From assembly GCA_963732305.1 (NCBI GenBank), contig CAVSYW010000002.1, positions 860,694 to 924,693 of the forward strand: DNA of 64,000 nt. Direction: 5' to 3'. Both the position numbers and the translations under genes were made by a program. The DNA is from an uncultured Acidobacteriaceae bacterium. GTDB taxonomy: Bacteria > Acidobacteriota > Terriglobia > Terriglobales > Acidobacteriaceae. Below are positions 19,001 through 29,055 of the stretch, piece by piece. Within the stretch, counting starts at the first letter, position 1. The number at the start of each line of letters is the position of its first letter. The notes below the pieces were generated by a model. That model was not told the origin of the DNA. It saw only the letters and a list, made by a program, of their open reading frames with translations, and did no database searches.

Positions 19001-20750
19001 AAATTCGCTGCATCCTGCACCCACTGCAGCGTGAGCGGATTGGTGCAGGACTCATTCCATGGGGTCTCGGGTACGTAGCCCAGTGCGGATGTGACTGCCG
19101 TGGTCGATCCTGGGCTTTGAATTGGAATGCTGCTCCAATAGGGCGCGGCCGTGCACTCTGTGTTGGCTGAGCCGTTGGCGGTGTCCGGGTTGCACCAGTT
19201 GAAGTCCGTGCCACCTACCGCGGTGTTCCAGGGAGTGGAGGCAAGCCCGCTGACGGTGAGCCCGGACTCTGCGACGAAGTTGCCGTCATCGCAGGAAGCT
19301 GAGCCGGAGTCGCCGGCAGCGACAAATACGGAGATTCCTTCGGCTGCAGCCTGTTGCCAGAGATTCGTAGTACTGGACGTTGCCCGCGGTGCCGTTGCCG
19401 AGTTCGCACTCGCCATAACTGACGTTCATGATGCGGGCGCCGTTGAGCGGAGAGGCCGCGTTGGCGACGTTGTTGACGATGTAGCTTTCAGAATCGTAGA
19501 GGTTGTCGTCGGTGACCGATGCGGGGTAGGAGGAAACCAGGATAATCTGCGCGTTTTTGGCGATCGACGCCGACCATTCGACGTCGAGCGAGTTTTCAGT
19601 AAGATCGTCGATGCCGCATGGGTTGTCTTCATAGGGAACCGTGCCGGTGGTGTCAGTGCAAACGGTGAGGGGCTCGCTGTTTCCGGAGAGGCGAATGGGC
19701 GTGTTGGCCGCATTGCCGGTTGGCAGGCCGAAGTAGTTACGGAAGGTGTAGACGTCGTTGTTGTATGGGGGGTTGGTGACGTTGCCATTAAAACAAGCGG
19801 TTACCGTCTGGCCGACACAGATGTCGCTGGTTCCGGCAATGGCAATCGTCTGTCCCGTGCCATCGATCACCCCGGCAGACGTGGTTCCGTTCCAGAGGGG
19901 AAGAACGTTGTAGATGGTGGCGAAGTCCCACGGGTCCACATCCTCGACCTGGTAGGCGCTGTTACCGCCGATGCTGATGCCGAACTGCGGGCTTGTCTTT
20001 GCGGGCTTGGTCACGGCGAGCGACCTGTTTGTGGGGGTCGCTGAGGCTGAGGTGGAGGGCGAGACAGGGGAGCTCGTGATCCGCATCCATTTGCCGGACG
20101 ACGCGTCACGTTGGACTGTTTGGCCCATGTGGTGCTCGGGCCGCGGGAAGAAATTGTGCAGAGCTTTGACGCCGACGACGACGGTAGAGAGAGCGGCGGG
20201 GATCTGCGGGTCGCTCATGTTGCCGATGTGCGCCTCGCCCTTGACCGTGAGGTTATGAATCTCAGTGTGGAAGGCGCTCTGGACCTGGCCTGCCGTTGCC
20301 GCCGAAGCGGATGGACATGTGGTCTTTGGTGACCTGGGAGACGGCGAATCCGTGGCCGGTGAGCCAGTTGGTGATGGTCTGGATGTCGGTCTGTGAGGGT
20401 CCGAACTGGTCGCCGATCTGATCGGGCGTGAGCCACCGATGGTAGTTGGGCGAGTTCTGGTCGTATTCGCCGGCGACGTAGGCATCGAAGGCGGCCTGCT
20501 GCGCCGGATCGCGGCTGAGGACCAGGATGAGATCGGTCATGGGCAGGCTGTCGGACACCTTGCCCATGTCGTGCCTGGCATTGGCGAAGGGATGGGTGTT
20601 GCCCTTGAGCGTGACCAACTGGGACTCGTCAATGCGATTGACAATGCGGACGGTGGGCGCGACTCTTTGCCCCTGGGCGGCGGGTAATAAGAGGACACTG
20701 GGCGATATGCACAGGGCGACGAACAGGGGGAGCGAACGCAGGTTGATCAT
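16086..20750 (-). pseudogene. S53 (sedolisin) peptidase with pro-domain and Ig-like repeats, split by three +1 frameshifts (~1553 aa if repaired; may be sequencing error)
   Basis: Signal peptide MINLRSLP, pro-domain, ENSLDVEW, AAGDSG, GGTSVATP, GYDLATGLGS; shifts near 20297, 19365, 17579 identified by comparison with the intact paralog. Confidence 0.88.
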
Positions 20751-21138
20751 AGTGGGTGGTCCTGGACCCTTTCTTGAGAAAGACCCTCGATTGGGGGAAG
20801 AGTTGCCGTGCGTGAGAGAAAAACCGGCGCGGGGCCGGTGGGATTCGCGTTCATGGGACGAATTGAAGACAAGACCATCATAGGACGGCTGCTTGGTTGC
20901 TCTGGCACCCATTTCCGCAAAAGACGCAGAAATGCATGAGGCACGGGATAGTTGGCAAGGCCGCGCCGGCAAACATTGCCAAGTTGGGAAGAGACCGCAC
21001 GGATTCGAACGATGGATTTCAAGATTGCGCGCGAAGGTACTTTTCCGTGACAAATGCGAATGTTTGATGCCGGATGAAAAATGAAAAATGGAAGCGAGCG
21101 GGCCTTTGTGGAATGAACCGCCCGTGAACTCGCAGTGT

Positions 21139-21168
21139 TAGACGTTTGGAAAGGGGGAAATGTTGACA
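21139..21168 (-). promoter_or_regulatory. Candidate ECF-sigma promoter upstream of S53 gene 2
   Basis: Minus strand TGTCAAC-N17-CGTC; same motif and spacing at 28852-28879. Confidence 0.6.
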
Positions 21169-21222
21169 AAGCAGGGAGACAGGGCTCGGTGCAGGAGGGC
21201 TCGGAGGGTGAGATTTGTGCGT

Positions 21223-21267
21223 TCCCATCCTTTCGGGGGTGAAGCTGCCGAAAGGATGGGGCACGGG
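21223..21267. repeat. REP-like hairpin with GGGGCAC tail downstream of S53 gene 1
   Basis: CCCATCCTTTCGG-loop-CCGAAAGGATGGG-gcacgg; related hairpins at 40090-40216. Confidence 0.65.
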
Positions 21268-21290
21268 ATTTTTGCTGGGTTGAGGTTGCG

Positions 21291-24200
21291 CTAGTTCACC
21301 GTGACGCTGAAGGTCGCGGTGACCGTGGGGGTGACGGACGGGTTGGCGGTCGAGGTCACGGTGAATACGTAGGTTCCGGCTGTGGTGCCAGAATCGGTGT
21401 AGCCTCCGCCTCCGCCTCCGCCTCCGCCGCTGCCGCCACAGCTTGCCAGGCCGCCGATGGCGATCATGACGACAAGAAGTGAGAGCATAGAGCGCCAGGA
21501 CCGGCGGCGGGCCGGGATGCCGAAGAAGACGAGCAGGGCGAGGATTGCGCCGGAGCCCGCGCCCAGCCATTCGCGGCCATTGCCGCCCGGCAGATTCGGA
21601 CGTCGATTCTGCGCCACGGTATGTGTCACGGTGGTGCCGACGGTAAAGGTGACGGTGCAACTCGATCCGCAGGTCGCGAAATTAATCTGGCCGTTGTTGC
21701 TGCCTGTGCAAGTGGGCGTGTCGTCAGGGTACGAGCTGGACGGGTCGCCGGAGGCCTCAGCACACGAGAGAGTGACGGCACCGGTGTAGCCGGCGACGGC
21801 CGTTCCGGTGACGACAACCGTTGCCGAACTTCCGGGCGCGACGCTGGAGGGGCTGGCCGTACCTGCTGCAAGGGTGAAGGTGGAAGTGACGGTGACCGAG
21901 CCGGTATTTTGCCCCGACGTGTAGTTGGTGTCGCCACCGTAGTTCGCAGTCAGCGTGACACTGCCAGTGCTGAGCGCGTTGGCGGGGATGGTGAAGACGC
22001 AGGCAGTGTTGCTGGCGCAGGGGCTGGTCCCGATGGTCTCTAATGTGGCCGTGTAGCTGCCGCTGGAAGCGCTGAGGGTGATGGTACCTGTGGGCGTAGA
22101 GCCGCCGCCGGTCACCGACACGGTCACATTCAGGCTGGCATTGGCGTTGACCGAGGACGAAGCCGGCGTGACAGTGATGGTGGGAGTGAGCGGAGCTGGG
22201 GTGACGGTGACTGAGCCGGTGTTTTGCGCCAACGTGTAGTTGGTGTCACCACTGTATTTCGCAGTCAGCGTCACACTTCCAGTGCTGAGCGCGTTGGCGG
22301 GGATGGTGAAGACGCAAGCAGTGTTGCTGGTGCACGGGCTGGTCCCAATGGTCTCTAATGTGGCTGTGTAAGTGCCGCTGGAAGCGCTGAGGGTGATGGT
22401 GCCTGTGGGCGTAGAGCCGCCGCCGGTCACCGACACGGTGACATTCAGGCTGGTGTTGGCGACGATGGAGGACGAAGCCGGCATGACGGTGATTGTGGGC
22501 GGAGCCGCTGTGACGGTGACCGAGCCGGTACTTTGCGCCAACGTGTAGTTGGTGTCACCACTGTATTTCGCAGTCAGCGTCACACTTCCAGTGCTGAGCG
22601 CGTTGGCGGGGATGGTGAAGACGCAAGCAGTGTTGCTGGCGCAGGGGCTGGTCCCGATGGTCTCTAATGTGGCCGTGTAAGTGCCGCTGGAAGCGCTGAG
22701 GGTGATGGTGCCTGTGGGCGTAGAGCCGCCGCCGGTCACCGACACGGTGACATTCAGGCTGGTGTTGGCGACGATGGAGGACGAAGCCGGCATGACGGTG
22801 ATTGTGGGCGGAGCCGCTGTGACCGTGACCGAGCCGGTACTTTGCCCCAAAGTGTAGTTGGTGTCACCACTGTATTTCGCGGTCAGCGTGACACTTCCAG
22901 TGCTGAGCGCGTTGGCGGGGATGGTGAAGACGCAAGCGGTGTTGCTGGCGCACGGGCTGGTCCCGATGGTCTCCAATGTGGCTGTGTAGCTGCCGCTGGA
23001 AGCGCTGAGGGTGATAGTGCCTGTGGGTGTTGCGCCGCCGCCGGTCACCGACACGGTGACATTCAGGCTGGTGTTGGCGACGATGGAGGACGAAGCCGGC
23101 ATGACGGTGATTGTGGGCGGAGCCGCTGTGACGGTGACCGAGCCGGTACTTTGCGCCAACGTGTAGTTGGTGTCACCACTGTATTTCGCAGTCAGCGTGA
23201 CACTGCCAGTGCTGAGCGCGTTGGCGGGGATGGTGAAGACGCAAGCGGTGTTGCTGGCGCACGGGCTGGTCCCAATGGTTTCCAGTGTGGCCGTGTAGCT
23301 GCCGCTGGAAGCGCTGAGGGTGATAGTGCCTGTGGGTGTTGCGCCGCCGCCGGTCACCGACACGGTGACATTGAGGCTGGTGTTGGCGACGATGGAGGAC
23401 GAAGCCGGCATGACGGCGATGGTGGGCGGAGCCGCTGTGACCGTGACCGAGCCGGTGTTTTGCGCCAAAGTGTAGTTGGTGTCGCCACTGTATTTCGCAG
23501 TCAGCGTGACACTGCCAGTGCTGAGCGCGTTGGCGGGGATGGTGAAGACGCAAGCGGTGTTGCTGGCGCACGGGCTGGTCCCAATGGTTTCCAATGTGGC
23601 TGTGTAGCTGCCGCTGGAAGCGCTGAGGGTGATAGTGCCTGTGGGTGTTGCGCCGCCGCCGGTCACCGACACGGTGACATTCAGGCTGGTGTTGGCGACG
23701 ATGGAGGACGAAGCCGGCATGACGGTGATTGTGGGCGGAGCCGCTGTGACGGTGACCGAGCCGGTACTTTGCGCCAACGTGTAGTTGGTGTCACCACTGT
23801 ATTTCGCAGTCAGCGTGACACTGCCAGTGCTGAGCGCGTTGGCGGGGATGGTGAAGACGCAAGCGGTGTTGCTGGTGCACGGGCTGGTCCCGATGGTTTC
23901 CAGTGTGGCCGTGTAGCTGCCGCTGGAAGCGCTGAGGGTGATAGTGCCTGTGGGTGTTGCGCCGCCGCCGGTCACCGACACGGTGACATTCAGGCTGGTG
24001 TTGGCGACGATGGAGGACGAAGCCGGCATGACGGTGATTGTGGGCGGAGCCGCTGTGACGGTGACCGAGCCGGTACTTTGCGCCAACGTGTAGTTGGTGT
24101 CACCACTGTATTTCGCGGTCAGCGTGACACTTCCAGTGCTGAGCGCGTTGGCGGGGATGGTGAAGACGCAAGCGGTGTTGCTGGTGCACGGACTGGTCCC

Positions 24201-27200
24201 GATGGTTTCCAGTGTGGCCGAGTAGCTGCCGCTGGAAGCGCTGAGGGTGATAGTGCCTGTGGGTGCTGCGCCTGTGCCGGTGACCGACACGGTGACATTC
24301 AGGCTGGTGTTGGCGACGATGGAGGACGAAGCCGGCATGACGGTGACGGTGGGAGTGAGCGGAGCCGCTGTGACCGTGACCGAGCCGGTACTTTGCCCCA
24401 ACGTGTAGTTGGTGTCACCACTGTAGTTCGCAGTCAGTGTCACGCCTCCAACACCCAACGAGTTGGCGGGGATGGTGAAGACGCAAGCGGTGTTGCTGGT
24501 GCACGGGCTGGTCCCAATGGTTTCCAGTGTGGCTGTGTAGCTGCCGCTGGAAGCGGTGAGGGTGATGGTGCCTGTGGGTGCTGCGCCTGTGCCGGTGACC
24601 GACACGGTGACATTCAGGCTGGTGTTGGCGACGATGGAGGATGAAGCCGGCATGACGGTGATTGTGGGCGGAGCCGCTGTGACCGTGACCGAGCCTGTAC
24701 TTTGCGCCAACGCGTAGTTGGTGTCACCACCATATTTCGCAGTCAGCGTCACACTTCCAGTGCCCAACGAGTTGGCCGGGATGGTGAAGACGCAAGCGGT
24801 GTTGCTGGTGCAGGGGGCGATCGCGATGGTTTCCAGTGTGGCCGTGTAGCTGCCGCTGGAAGCGCTCAGGGTGATGTTCCCGGTGGGCGTTGCGCCGCCG
24901 CCGGTGACCGACACGGTGACATTCAGGCTGGTGTTGGCGACGATGGAGGACGAAGCCGGCGTGACGGTGACGGTGGGAGTGAGCGGAGCGGGGGTGACGG
25001 TGACCGAGCCGGTACTTTGCCCCAACGTGTAGTTGGTGTCGCCACCGTAATTCGCAGTCAGCGTCACACTTCCAGTACCTAACGAGTTGGCTGGGATGGT
25101 GAAGACGCAAGCGGTGTTGCTGGTGCAGGGACTGGTCCCGATGGTCTCCAGTGTGGCTGTGTAGCTGCCGCTGGAAGCGCTGAGGGTGATAGTGCCTGTG
25201 GGTGTTGCGCCGGTGCCGGTGACCGATACGGTTACATTCAGACTGGTGTTGGCGACGATGGTGGACGAAGCCGGCATCACGGTGATGGTGGGAGTGGCCG
25301 AGGTGACAGTGACCGAGCCGGAGTTATGCACCGATGCGTAGTTGGTGTCGCCACTGTAGTTCGCAGTCAGTGTCACGCCTCCAACACCCAACGAGTTGGC
25401 GGGGATGGTGAAGACGCAAGCGGTGTTGCTTGTGCAGGGGGCGATCGCGATGGTTTCCGTTGCGGCTGTGTAGCTGCCGCTGGAAGCGCTCAGGGTGATA
25501 GTGCCTGTGGGTGCTGCGCCGGTGCCAGTGACCGATACGGTTACATTCAGACTGTTGTTGGCGGTGATGGTGGACGAAGCCGGCATGACGGTGACGGTGG
25601 GAGTGAGCGGAGCGGGGGAAGTGACAGTGACCGAGTTTTGGCCGGTGGCGAGGGAATAGACGGGGTCGCCGCTGTAGCCGACGGTCAGGGTGCTCACGCC
25701 GACGGAGAAACTGCTGGCGGGAATGAGGAAGGTGTATGCGCCGCTCGAGTCCAGGGTCTGAGCTGCTGTGGGTCCATAGCCTCCACCGAAGAGCGTGACC
25801 GTTCCGGTGGGTGTTTGGCCGCCGGAGACCACGCTGGCGACCGTGACCGTGACGCTCAGACTGTTGTTGGAAGGAATGCTGCTGGGCGTCGGCGTGACTG
25901 TCACGTTTACGGCGGCGCTGCCGTTGGACGGCGTCCAGCCCTCGACAACGTTAAAGATGTTCAACGAGCCAAGGCCGGTGGCAAGGTCGTAGCCCGTGGT
26001 CGCGTTATAACCGGGGAGGATGCCGATGAAGTCTTGCTCCCCGGCGGTCATTTCGTGTGAGGCGCAGTTGGGGGTATTGTTGAGGGCGTCGCAGGGCTGG
26101 TCGGTGTTGGACTGGTCGATGTCGTTAAAGTAGCAACCGGTGCTGGCGGCGGTGACGCTTTCAGCGCTGCACGCCGAGTAGCCGCTGGAGCTCTGCTTGG
26201 CGGCCAGAGAATAGAGCTCGGCGTTGGGGTTGCCTTGCGACGCGCCGGTCTTCTGGTTGATGAGCGCCATGACGCCCGCCATGGCCGGCGTAGCGACCGA
26301 AGTTCCGCCTACTTCCTGTGCAATCGGTTCAACGTTGCTGGAGTAGTTGCACGCCTGAGCAGTGCCATAGGCGGACGCGTCCTGCGAGACGCAGATGAGA
26401 TAGGCGCTGCTGGAAAGGTATCCGTCGGACGCGAAGAAGCTGACGTCGGGCAGATCGCGCACGCCGTCGGTTGGGATGCCGGTGACGCCGGTTTGCCAAC
26501 TTGGTTTGGGCCAGCCGTTGTTGACAAGGTTGACAGAAAGCTGGGATGCGCCGGTGGCGGGATTCGTGGTGGCGCCGGTGGATGTCGCGCCGGTGTTGCA
26601 GGTACCGAGCGTATGGTTGGTGATTGCTGAAGAGGTGGTGTTGGAGACGCATCCGGAGGGACCGCCTCCGCCGCCTACAACTGACAAGAGTTTGACGCCG
26701 TAGGGATAGTAGTAGCTTAAATCTCCTCCGACTTCGAAGATCTCCTGCTGCATGAAGTTGCAGGCCTGTTCAGTGTCGTTGTTCTTGAGGTCGCCGGAAT
26801 TAAACTCGTAGACCTTAAGAGCGATGTCGTTGATCCAGTTGAAGGCGAGGGGATTGGCGCAAGAATCGTTCCAGGGAACCTCGGGCACATAACCGACGGC
26901 GGAGGACTGGTTGGCGGCGTTTGACGTGTTCCAGTAGGGCGTTGCGGTGCAGCCAACAGGCGGTGTGGTGGTGTAAGTGAAGATATCCTGGGGTGGGCAC
27001 CAATTGAAATCGGTGCCGCCTACGGCGGTATTCCAGGGCGTGGAGGCCATGCCGCTTACCGCGAGCCCGTTTTCGGCTCTTCCGGCGTTTGTGTCGCAGC
27101 CTGCGGAGCCGGAATCGCCGGCGGCGACAAAGACCGCGATGCCTTCAGCGGCGGCCGTTTGCCACAGGTCGTAGTACTGCACATTGCCCGCGGTTCCAAG

Positions 27201-28514
27201 GCCCAGCTCGCACTCGCTGTAGCTCACATTCATGATGTGCGCGGTGAGATTGTCGACGATGTAGCTTTCCGAATCGTAGAGGTTGTCGTCGGAGGCAGAT
27301 TGAGGATAGCTGGAGACGAGGACAATCTGAGCGTTCTTGGCGATGGATGCCGCCCACTCAACGTCCAGGGAGTTTTCAAGCAGATCGTTGATGTTGCAAA
27401 GCGCTGTGGCCGAAAGGCTGGTGCAGACGGTTAGAGGTTGGCTGGAGGGGCTGCCGTTGAGCAAGATGGGCGTGTTGTAGGAGCTGTTTGTAGGCAGATT
27501 GAAGAAGGTGCGGAATGTGGCGACGTCGTTATTGCCGTTGGCGTTGACGGCGGTTCCCGATCCGGACGCGCCGGAGCCGTTGGGCTCACCAACGTCGATG
27601 GCGCTGGTTCCGGCGATGGCGATGGTCTGGCCGGCGCCATCGATGCCGGCGCTCCATAGCTTCGTGAGGTTGTAGATGGTGGCGAAGTCCCAGGGTCCGA
27701 CATCCTCAACCTGGTAAGAACCCCCGTTCGATGGGCCGTTGGCGCCTAACTGCGGTGTGGGACGGCGGGAGAGCGTCCGCGTGGGGAAGGGCGGGTCCGC
27801 CAAGGGCGAAGAGCTCGTGTCGCCGGTGGATTCGCCCGAGCCGGAGCGCATCCATTGCCCCTGCGCGTTGAGCTGGACGGTGCTGCCAAGATGGTGGGCA
27901 GGGCGCGGGAAGAAGTTGTGGAGCGACTTGACGCCGACGACGACGGTGGAGAGCGAGGCCGGGATCTGTGGGTCGCTCATGTTGCCGATGTGGGCCTGGC
28001 CCTTGACGACGAGGTTGTGAATCTCGGTGTGGAAGGCGCTCTGGACCTGGCCGGCGGTGCCGCTAAAGCGGATGGACATGCCGTCTTTGGTGACTTGCGC
28101 GACGGTGAAGCCGTGGCCGGTGAGCCAGTTGACGATGGTTTGGATATCGGTTTGCGAGGGTCCGAACTGCTCGCCCACCTGATCGGGCGTGAGCCACTGA
28201 TGGAAGTTGGGCGAGTTTTGGTCGTATTCGCTAGCGACGTAGGCGTCGAAGGCGGCCTGCTGCGCCGAGTCGCGGCTGAGGACCAGGATGAGGTCGGTCA
28301 TGGGCAGGCTGTCAGCCACTTTGCCCTGGTCGTTTTTGGCGTTGGCCGCGGGATGGGTGTTGCCGCCGAGCGTGACTCGGTCTGTCTCGTCGATGCGGGA
28401 GGTGATGCGGACTCTGGGCGCGACGCCCTGCCCCTGAGAAGCGGTGGGGACGAGGCAGACGCCCGGTAATAGGCACAGGGAAACGAAGAGGGGGAGCGAG
28501 CGCAATTTGGTCAT
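21291..28514 (-). CDS. Giant secreted S53 (sedolisin/kumamolisin) peptidase with 13+ Ig-like domains and C-terminal membrane hairpin (~2407 aa)
   Basis: ATG 28514 (MTKLRSLPLF signal), pro-domain, catalytic ENSLD / GDSG / GGTS, Ca-site GYDLATGLGS, Ig repeats ending YSGDTNY. Confidence 0.92.
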   Translation of the reverse strand: MTKLRSLPLFVSLCLLPGVCLVPTASQGQGVAPRVRITSRIDETDRVTLGGNTHPAANAKNDQGKVADSLPMTDLILVLSRDSAQQAAFDAYVASEYDQNSPNFHQWLTPDQVGEQFGPSQTDIQTIVNWLTGHGFTVAQVTKDGMSIRFSGTAGQVQSAFHTEIHNLVVKGQAHIGNMSDPQIPASLSTVVVGVKSLHNFFPRPAHHLGSTVQLNAQGQWMRSGSGESTGDTSSSPLADPPFPTRTLSRRPTPQLGANGPSNGGSYQVEDVGPWDFATIYNLTKLWSAGIDGAGQTIAIAGTSAIDVGEPNGSGASGSGTAVNANGNNDVATFRTFFNLPTNSSYNTPILLNGSPSSQPLTVCTSLSATALCNINDLLENSLDVEWAASIAKNAQIVLVSSYPQSASDDNLYDSESYIVDNLTAHIMNVSYSECELGLGTAGNVQYYDLWQTAAAEGIAVFVAAGDSGSAGCDTNAGRAENGLAVSGMASTPWNTAVGGTDFNWCPPQDIFTYTTTPPVGCTATPYWNTSNAANQSSAVGYVPEVPWNDSCANPLAFNWINDIALKVYEFNSGDLKNNDTEQACNFMQQEIFEVGGDLSYYYPYGVKLLSVVGGGGGPSGCVSNTTSSAITNHTLGTCNTGATSTGATTNPATGASQLSVNLVNNGWPKPSWQTGVTGIPTDGVRDLPDVSFFASDGYLSSSAYLICVSQDASAYGTAQACNYSSNVEPIAQEVGGTSVATPAMAGVMALINQKTGASQGNPNAELYSLAAKQSSSGYSACSAESVTAASTGCYFNDIDQSNTDQPCDALNNTPNCASHEMTAGEQDFIGILPGYNATTGYDLATGLGSLNIFNVVEGWTPSNGSAAVNVTVTPTPSSIPSNNSLSVTVTVASVVSGGQTPTGTVTLFGGGYGPTAAQTLDSSGAYTFLIPASSFSVGVSTLTVGYSGDPVYSLATGQNSVTVTSPAPLTPTVTVMPASSTITANNSLNVTVSVTGTGAAPTGTITLSASSGSYTAATETIAIAPCTSNTACVFTIPANSLGVGGVTLTANYSGDTNYASVHNSGSVTVTSATPTITVMPASSTIVANTSLNVTVSVTGTGATPTGTITLSASSGSYTATLETIGTSPCTSNTACVFTIPANSLGTGSVTLTANYGGDTNYTLGQSTGSVTVTPAPLTPTVTVTPASSSIVANTSLNVTVSVTGGGATPTGNITLSASSGSYTATLETIAIAPCTSNTACVFTIPANSLGTGSVTLTAKYGGDTNYALAQSTGSVTVTAAPPTITVMPASSSIVANTSLNVTVSVTGTGAAPTGTITLTASSGSYTATLETIGTSPCTSNTACVFTIPANSLGVGGVTLTANYSGDTNYTLGQSTGSVTVTAAPLTPTVTVMPASSSIVANTSLNVTVSVTGTGAAPTGTITLSASSGSYSATLETIGTSPCTSNTACVFTIPANALSTGSVTLTAKYSGDTNYTLAQSTGSVTVTAAPPTITVMPASSSIVANTSLNVTVSVTGGGATPTGTITLSASSGSYTATLETIGTSPCTSNTACVFTIPANALSTGSVTLTAKYSGDTNYTLAQSTGSVTVTAAPPTITVMPASSSIVANTSLNVTVSVTGGGATPTGTITLSASSGSYTATLETIGTSPCASNTACVFTIPANALSTGSVTLTAKYSGDTNYTLAQNTGSVTVTAAPPTIAVMPASSSIVANTSLNVTVSVTGGGATPTGTITLSASSGSYTATLETIGTSPCASNTACVFTIPANALSTGSVTLTAKYSGDTNYTLAQSTGSVTVTAAPPTITVMPASSSIVANTSLNVTVSVTGGGATPTGTITLSASSGSYTATLETIGTSPCASNTACVFTIPANALSTGSVTLTAKYSGDTNYTLGQSTGSVTVTAAPPTITVMPASSSIVANTSLNVTVSVTGGGSTPTGTITLSASSGTYTATLETIGTSPCASNTACVFTIPANALSTGSVTLTAKYSGDTNYTLAQSTGSVTVTAAPPTITVMPASSSIVANTSLNVTVSVTGGGSTPTGTITLSASSGTYTATLETIGTSPCTSNTACVFTIPANALSTGSVTLTAKYSGDTNYTLAQNTGSVTVTPAPLTPTITVTPASSSVNANASLNVTVSVTGGGSTPTGTITLSASSGSYTATLETIGTSPCASNTACVFTIPANALSTGSVTLTANYGGDTNYTSGQNTGSVTVTSTFTLAAGTASPSSVAPGSSATVVVTGTAVAGYTGAVTLSCAEASGDPSSSYPDDTPTCTGSNNGQINFATCGSSCTVTFTVGTTVTHTVAQNRRPNLPGGNGREWLGAGSGAILALLVFFGIPARRRSWRSMLSLLVVMIAIGGLASCGGSGGGGGGGGGYTDSGTTAGTYVFTVTSTANPSVTPTVTATFSVTVN
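21895..25610 (-). repeat. Twelve near-identical 309/315-bp coding repeats (103/105-aa Ig-like domains)
   Basis: gacgaagccg at 22471 and 22780 (period 309); unit PPTITVMPASS...PCTSNTACVFTIP...YSGDTNY...SVTVTAA. Confidence 0.95.
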
Positions 28515-28849
28515 AGAGGATGGTCCTGAAACCTTTATTGAGAAAGAACCGAGAAAGCGGAATAGGCTGAGTGTATACGAGAATAACAAGCGCGGGCCGG
28601 TGGATTTGGCGTTGAGTGGACGAGTTGGAGGACCAGATCGTCTTCGAGAACGGGTCGAGGCCGCGAATTCGCGGGTAGCAGTTTGCGTCGGCAAGCGCTG
28701 CCAAGCCGACAGTGGACTGTCCGAATGGCCACGATCCATTTGAAATCGGCCCGACGTCATTATTGTGCCTGAAGAACAAAAACGATCAAAGCCGGCAGAG
28801 TACGGATGAGAGGCCGCTTTTTGAGATGGGGCGGGCAGACTCGGAATAC

Positions 28850-28879
28850 TGGACGTGTGGCAGGGGAGAAATGTTGACA
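28850..28879 (-). promoter_or_regulatory. Candidate ECF-sigma promoter upstream of S53 gene 1
   Basis: Minus strand TGTCAAC-N17-CGTC inside a ~45-bp block conserved with 21125-21172. Confidence 0.6.
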
Positions 28880-29055
28880 AAGACCAGGTTCGAGGACTGA
28901 CCGAGGTAATAGAGGGCGGAGCGCGAGCGCGGGTGCGGGCCCTTGCTCCCTGCTTTTTTCAATAGGCATGAGATTGCAATAGACAATTGATGCGCAAGGG
29001 TTTATGATTCGTTTTCCTGGATGATGGCTTTATCTTTTCATGGATGAGTGGCTGG

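Noticed and set aside
16086-20750. Programmed ribosomal frameshifting in S53 gene 2
   Set aside because: Three separate shifts, no slippery heptamers or downstream stimulators, and the paralog is continuous at the same sites.
22842-26060. Long + strand ORFs (e.g. 22842-24644, 600 aa) over the Ig repeats
   Set aside because: Antisense shadows of the repetitive S53 gene; Gly/Arg/Asp-rich composition reflects reverse-complement codons.
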